Below, piece after piece: positions 29,708 through 32,000 of a stretch of DNA of 32,000 bases. The notes beneath the pieces were generated by a model. The model was not told where the DNA came from and ran no database searches. It was given only the letters and a program-made list of their open reading frames with translations. Position 1 is the stretch's first letter, and every line of letters begins with the position of its first letter. Source of the DNA: Acaryochloris marina MBIC11017 (GTDB lineage: Bacteria > Cyanobacteriota > Cyanobacteriia > Thermosynechococcales > Thermosynechococcaceae); NCBI RefSeq assembly GCF_000018105.1, contig NC_009925.1, positions 900,001-932,000 of the forward strand, read 5' to 3'. The translations under genes were made by a program, and so were the position numbers.

Positions 29708-30424
29708 GAGTCCGGTATACAAAGCAGCCCCCACAATAAAAGACATAAAACAGCTCTCCTGCTCATCAGGCAGTTCCCGCTTGAGCACGTTGAGAATAAT
29801 ACTGCCCGCCAAAAACGACCAAATAATCAAGACGCCTGCCTTATCTAGCATTGCTGCTTGTCCTAAGACCATCCCCAAAATAATCGCAGCAACCAGCAAC
29901 CACCGCCCCCGTTGGTTATAGGGGGTTTTGTGATGCTCATATAAATGATGATCAATGATAAAAAAGTGCAAAGCCAATGCGGCAAAAAAGAGAATGCAAG
30001 TATAGAGACTATGGGCTCCTAAATCTTGGAGTAAATAGCCCAAAATCACATTAAGGGCAGCAAAAGCGCTGATATGAATCCAAAAGATAACGGTGCCAGC
30101 CCGATCAGCATTCTGCTCTTCCTGATTGGCTTTTCGAGACTGCAACACCAGGCTGTCTAATCCATAAAAGACCGCTAAACCTAAGAGTGCTAGCAGATAA
30201 ACATGATTCTCTAAATAGATAATGAACGGCACTTGCGCATGCTCGATCTCTTCTTGAGCATGACTCAACTCCGGGAAAATCTCCAAAAATACAAAGCCTA
30301 TCGACACTCCCCCAGCAAACGAGAGCCACCGATGGTGGGGGATAAAGCTGGGGATAGTGAGCTTGGAAAAAAAGGCATGGACAACCGCTAAACCGATGGC
30401 GAGAAATATCCCAGGATTAACCAT
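29693..30424 (-). CDS. Polytopic (about 8 TM) membrane protein with His/acidic clusters; possible metal transporter of unrecognised family
   Basis: 243-aa ORF made almost entirely of hydrophobic helices. Charged clusters: HH (aa 30-31), [12 protein letters not shown] (51-62), DHHLYEHH (158-165) and KRELPDEQE (215-223). It lacks the canonical ZIP HNxPEG / HExPxE motifs. Its 3' end overlaps the Cu-ATPase 3' end by 15 nt, convergently. Confidence 0.75.
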   Translation of the reverse strand: MVNPGIFLAIGLAVVHAFFSKLTIPSFIPHHRWLSFAGGVSIGFVFLEIFPELSHAQEEIEHAQVPFIIYLENHVYLLALLGLAVFYGLDSLVLQSRKANQEEQNADRAGTVIFWIHISAFAALNVILGYLLQDLGAHSLYTCILFFAALALHFFIIDHHLYEHHKTPYNQRGRWLLVAAIILGMVLGQAAMLDKAGVLIIWSFLAGSIILNVLKRELPDEQESCFMSFIVGAALYTGLLLAK

Positions 30425-30559
30425 TTCACTTTGCCCTCAGTGTATTCAAGCGTGATTCGCACCAACTCTACCATTCAGAATTGAGCATGTTTGTTAAATC
30501 GACATAGACTTTTGCTGAGAAAAAAGTGAGCCGCTAGTCTGCCCACGGAAACCGAAGGA

Positions 30560-31294
30560 TTAAGTTTTAGAATCCGGCTGCAGAATCCATCGCTGCGTGA
30601 TTATTCCCAACGCAATCCCTAAACCTAAAATAATCCAGAAGCCCAAAGGCGATCGCTCTAAGCCATGGGGTAGGTTCATACCAAACAAGCTGCAGAGGGC
30701 AGTGAGGGGTAGAAATACAGCAGCCAATAGATTCAGGCGTTGAGCCATACGGACTGACTCCAAACTCAGACGGCTTTGTTCCTCTGCCCGTCGCGCTAAA
30801 TCAAATTCCAGAGCATTCTTAACATCGGTATAGAGTAAATCTAGCGTCCGATCTAAATCATTTGCCCAATCTCTTAAATCAATCAAGTCTCTATCTTCAG
30901 GGACATCCTCCCGAGCAGATTGCAGCGTCTCCATCATATTTTTAGCCGCACGACAGATAGGAGCTAAGTTTTCTAAGATCTGGAAATAGTCTTCAGCTAA
31001 AGTGGCCTGACTATACGTTTGACTCAGCTGCTGCTCTGCTTTGCTATAGTCTTTGAGATGTTTGTTAAGTCTGGGTAACCCCTCTCCTCCCTCACTGCAC
31101 TTCCAGGTTCCTTGGGGATTGCGCCAGAAGAAAGTTCCCTGCCGCTGCCGACTCCCTGGTTGGGGGAGTTTATGGAGAACCAGTAACAGATGATCCTCCG
31201 CTAGCATCGCCCGCTGTTTGCCAGCCCCCTTTTGGCCAAAACGGCGTTTAATTTCATCAGGGAGTCGCCAATTGGCAGGCAGTTGCATCGTCAT
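30560..31294 (-). CDS. Short CorA-family (GMN-motif) divalent-cation channel-like protein
   Basis: 244-aa ORF. The C-terminus has two TM helices flanking FGMNLP (GMN at aa 205-207, nt 30674-30682): LNLLAAVFLPLTALCSLFGMNLPHG...GFWIILGLGIALGIITQ. The soluble N-terminal part is only about 185 aa, against roughly 250 or more in CorA as I remember it. Confidence 0.8.
   Translation of the reverse strand: MTMQLPANWRLPDEIKRRFGQKGAGKQRAMLAEDHLLLVLHKLPQPGSRQRQGTFFWRNPQGTWKCSEGGEGLPRLNKHLKDYSKAEQQLSQTYSQATLAEDYFQILENLAPICRAAKNMMETLQSAREDVPEDRDLIDLRDWANDLDRTLDLLYTDVKNALEFDLARRAEEQSRLSLESVRMAQRLNLLAAVFLPLTALCSLFGMNLPHGLERSPLGFWIILGLGIALGIITQRWILQPDSKT
30649..30656. repeat. HIP1 octamer GCGATCGC
   Basis: Exact GCGATCGC read in sequence (inside the CorA-like gene). 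Confidence 0.95.
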
Positions 31295-31380
31295 TTTTTT
31301 GCGGTGTCTTTTACTCCCAATTTGCCCAACTGCACGGTCTTTTGTGCAGAGGGAAATGGGGCAATCAAGATATGCAATCC

Positions 31381-32000
31381 CTAGAACGGGCTCACCACAA
31401 TTGAGAAGAAAAGCTGGCTATCATCAAAACCACTGGTTTCTGGGCCAATGGAGAGGATTGGAATGCCCCAGTCTAAACGAGCCGACATCAGATCGGACCA
31501 CTGCCATCTGAGGCCCAAACCCACAGCCGCTAGTGTCTCAGTTCTCGACCCATCTGTATTACTCCAGCCATGGCCTGCATCAAAAAATGGGGCAAGCTGT
31601 AATAGTCCTTGTTGATTATCGCCAAACCGAGCTAGGGGTAAGCGATACTCGGCAGAACCAAACAAGCCATTATCAACCAGCAAGAGATTCTGGGGATACC
31701 CTCGAACGCTATTGAGTCCACCCAAACCATACTGTTGCAGAGGCACTAGGGGACGGTCGGCAAATTGAGCAGTTGAACGTAGCAATAACAGGTTGCTGGG
31801 GGCGAATTGCTTCACCCATTGGGCTTGTCCACGCCAGAGGAAAAACAAACCATCTGGGACATTAGGATCGCCAGGTAACACTGGATTGGGATTAATCGTG
31901 GCAAAGGCATCTAGACCAATTCCAAACTCTGACCGCAATGCCAAAACTGAATCATTCCCCCGTTGGGTCCACTCTTGAAATAATCGCAGTTGTGAAATTT
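31381..32000 (-). CDS. ShlB/FhaC/HecB-type (TpsB, Omp85 superfamily) outer-membrane transporter, C-terminal part; gene runs off the window
   Basis: The frame stays open upstream of the track's TTG start to nt 32000 (..ISQLRLFQEWTQRGNDSVLALRSEF..). The conserved loop-6 motif is LGGLNSVRGY. The sequence has an alternating beta-strand character and ends in the aromatic ..FFSIVVSPF. Confidence 0.8.
   Translation of the reverse strand, partial: ISQLRLFQEWTQRGNDSVLALRSEFGIGLDAFATINPNPVLPGDPNVPDGLFFLWRGQAQWVKQFAPSNLLLLRSTAQFADRPLVPLQQYGLGGLNSVRGYPQNLLLVDNGLFGSAEYRLPLARFGDNQQGLLQLAPFFDAGHGWSNTDGSRTETLAAVGLGLRWQWSDLMSARLDWGIPILSIGPETSGFDDSQLFFSIVVSPF

Overview
This window looks like a cyanobacterial chromosomal segment. 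Three things support that: I located 13 copies of the HIP1 octamer GCGATCGC by eye, there is a petL minigene, and there is a protein with PBS-lyase-type HEAT repeats. I call 25 protein-coding genes. Most are core housekeeping or transport genes: infB, gatB, murA, a type I GAPDH divergent from pyruvate kinase, a GT2-acetyltransferase-GT2 polysaccharide operon, an orphan ABC permease, a GST, a diheme cytochrome c, a PIIA-type and a Cu(I) P1B-type ATPase, and a ClC channel. I found no rRNA, tRNA, CRISPR array, transposase, integrase or recognisable defence-gene cassette, and I cannot support a multi-gene novel system here. The unusual content is at domain or residue level. (1) A 183-aa protein has termini that read like the two halves of an acyl carrier protein in swapped order, with no phosphopantetheine serine. 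(2) A 1062-aa protein fuses a TLC/NTT-like transporter, a HEAT array and a cNMP-binding domain whose phosphate-binding cassette lacks the Arg. (3) A ClC-CBS-USP-USP fusion has the gating Glu replaced by Gln and the central Tyr by Phe. (4) A 244-aa mini CorA with a GMN motif sits beside a Cu ATPase and an uncharacterised His-rich 8-TM protein. (5) petL (30 aa) falls below the ORF-track cutoff. All functional calls rest on motif recognition from memory; no searches were run.
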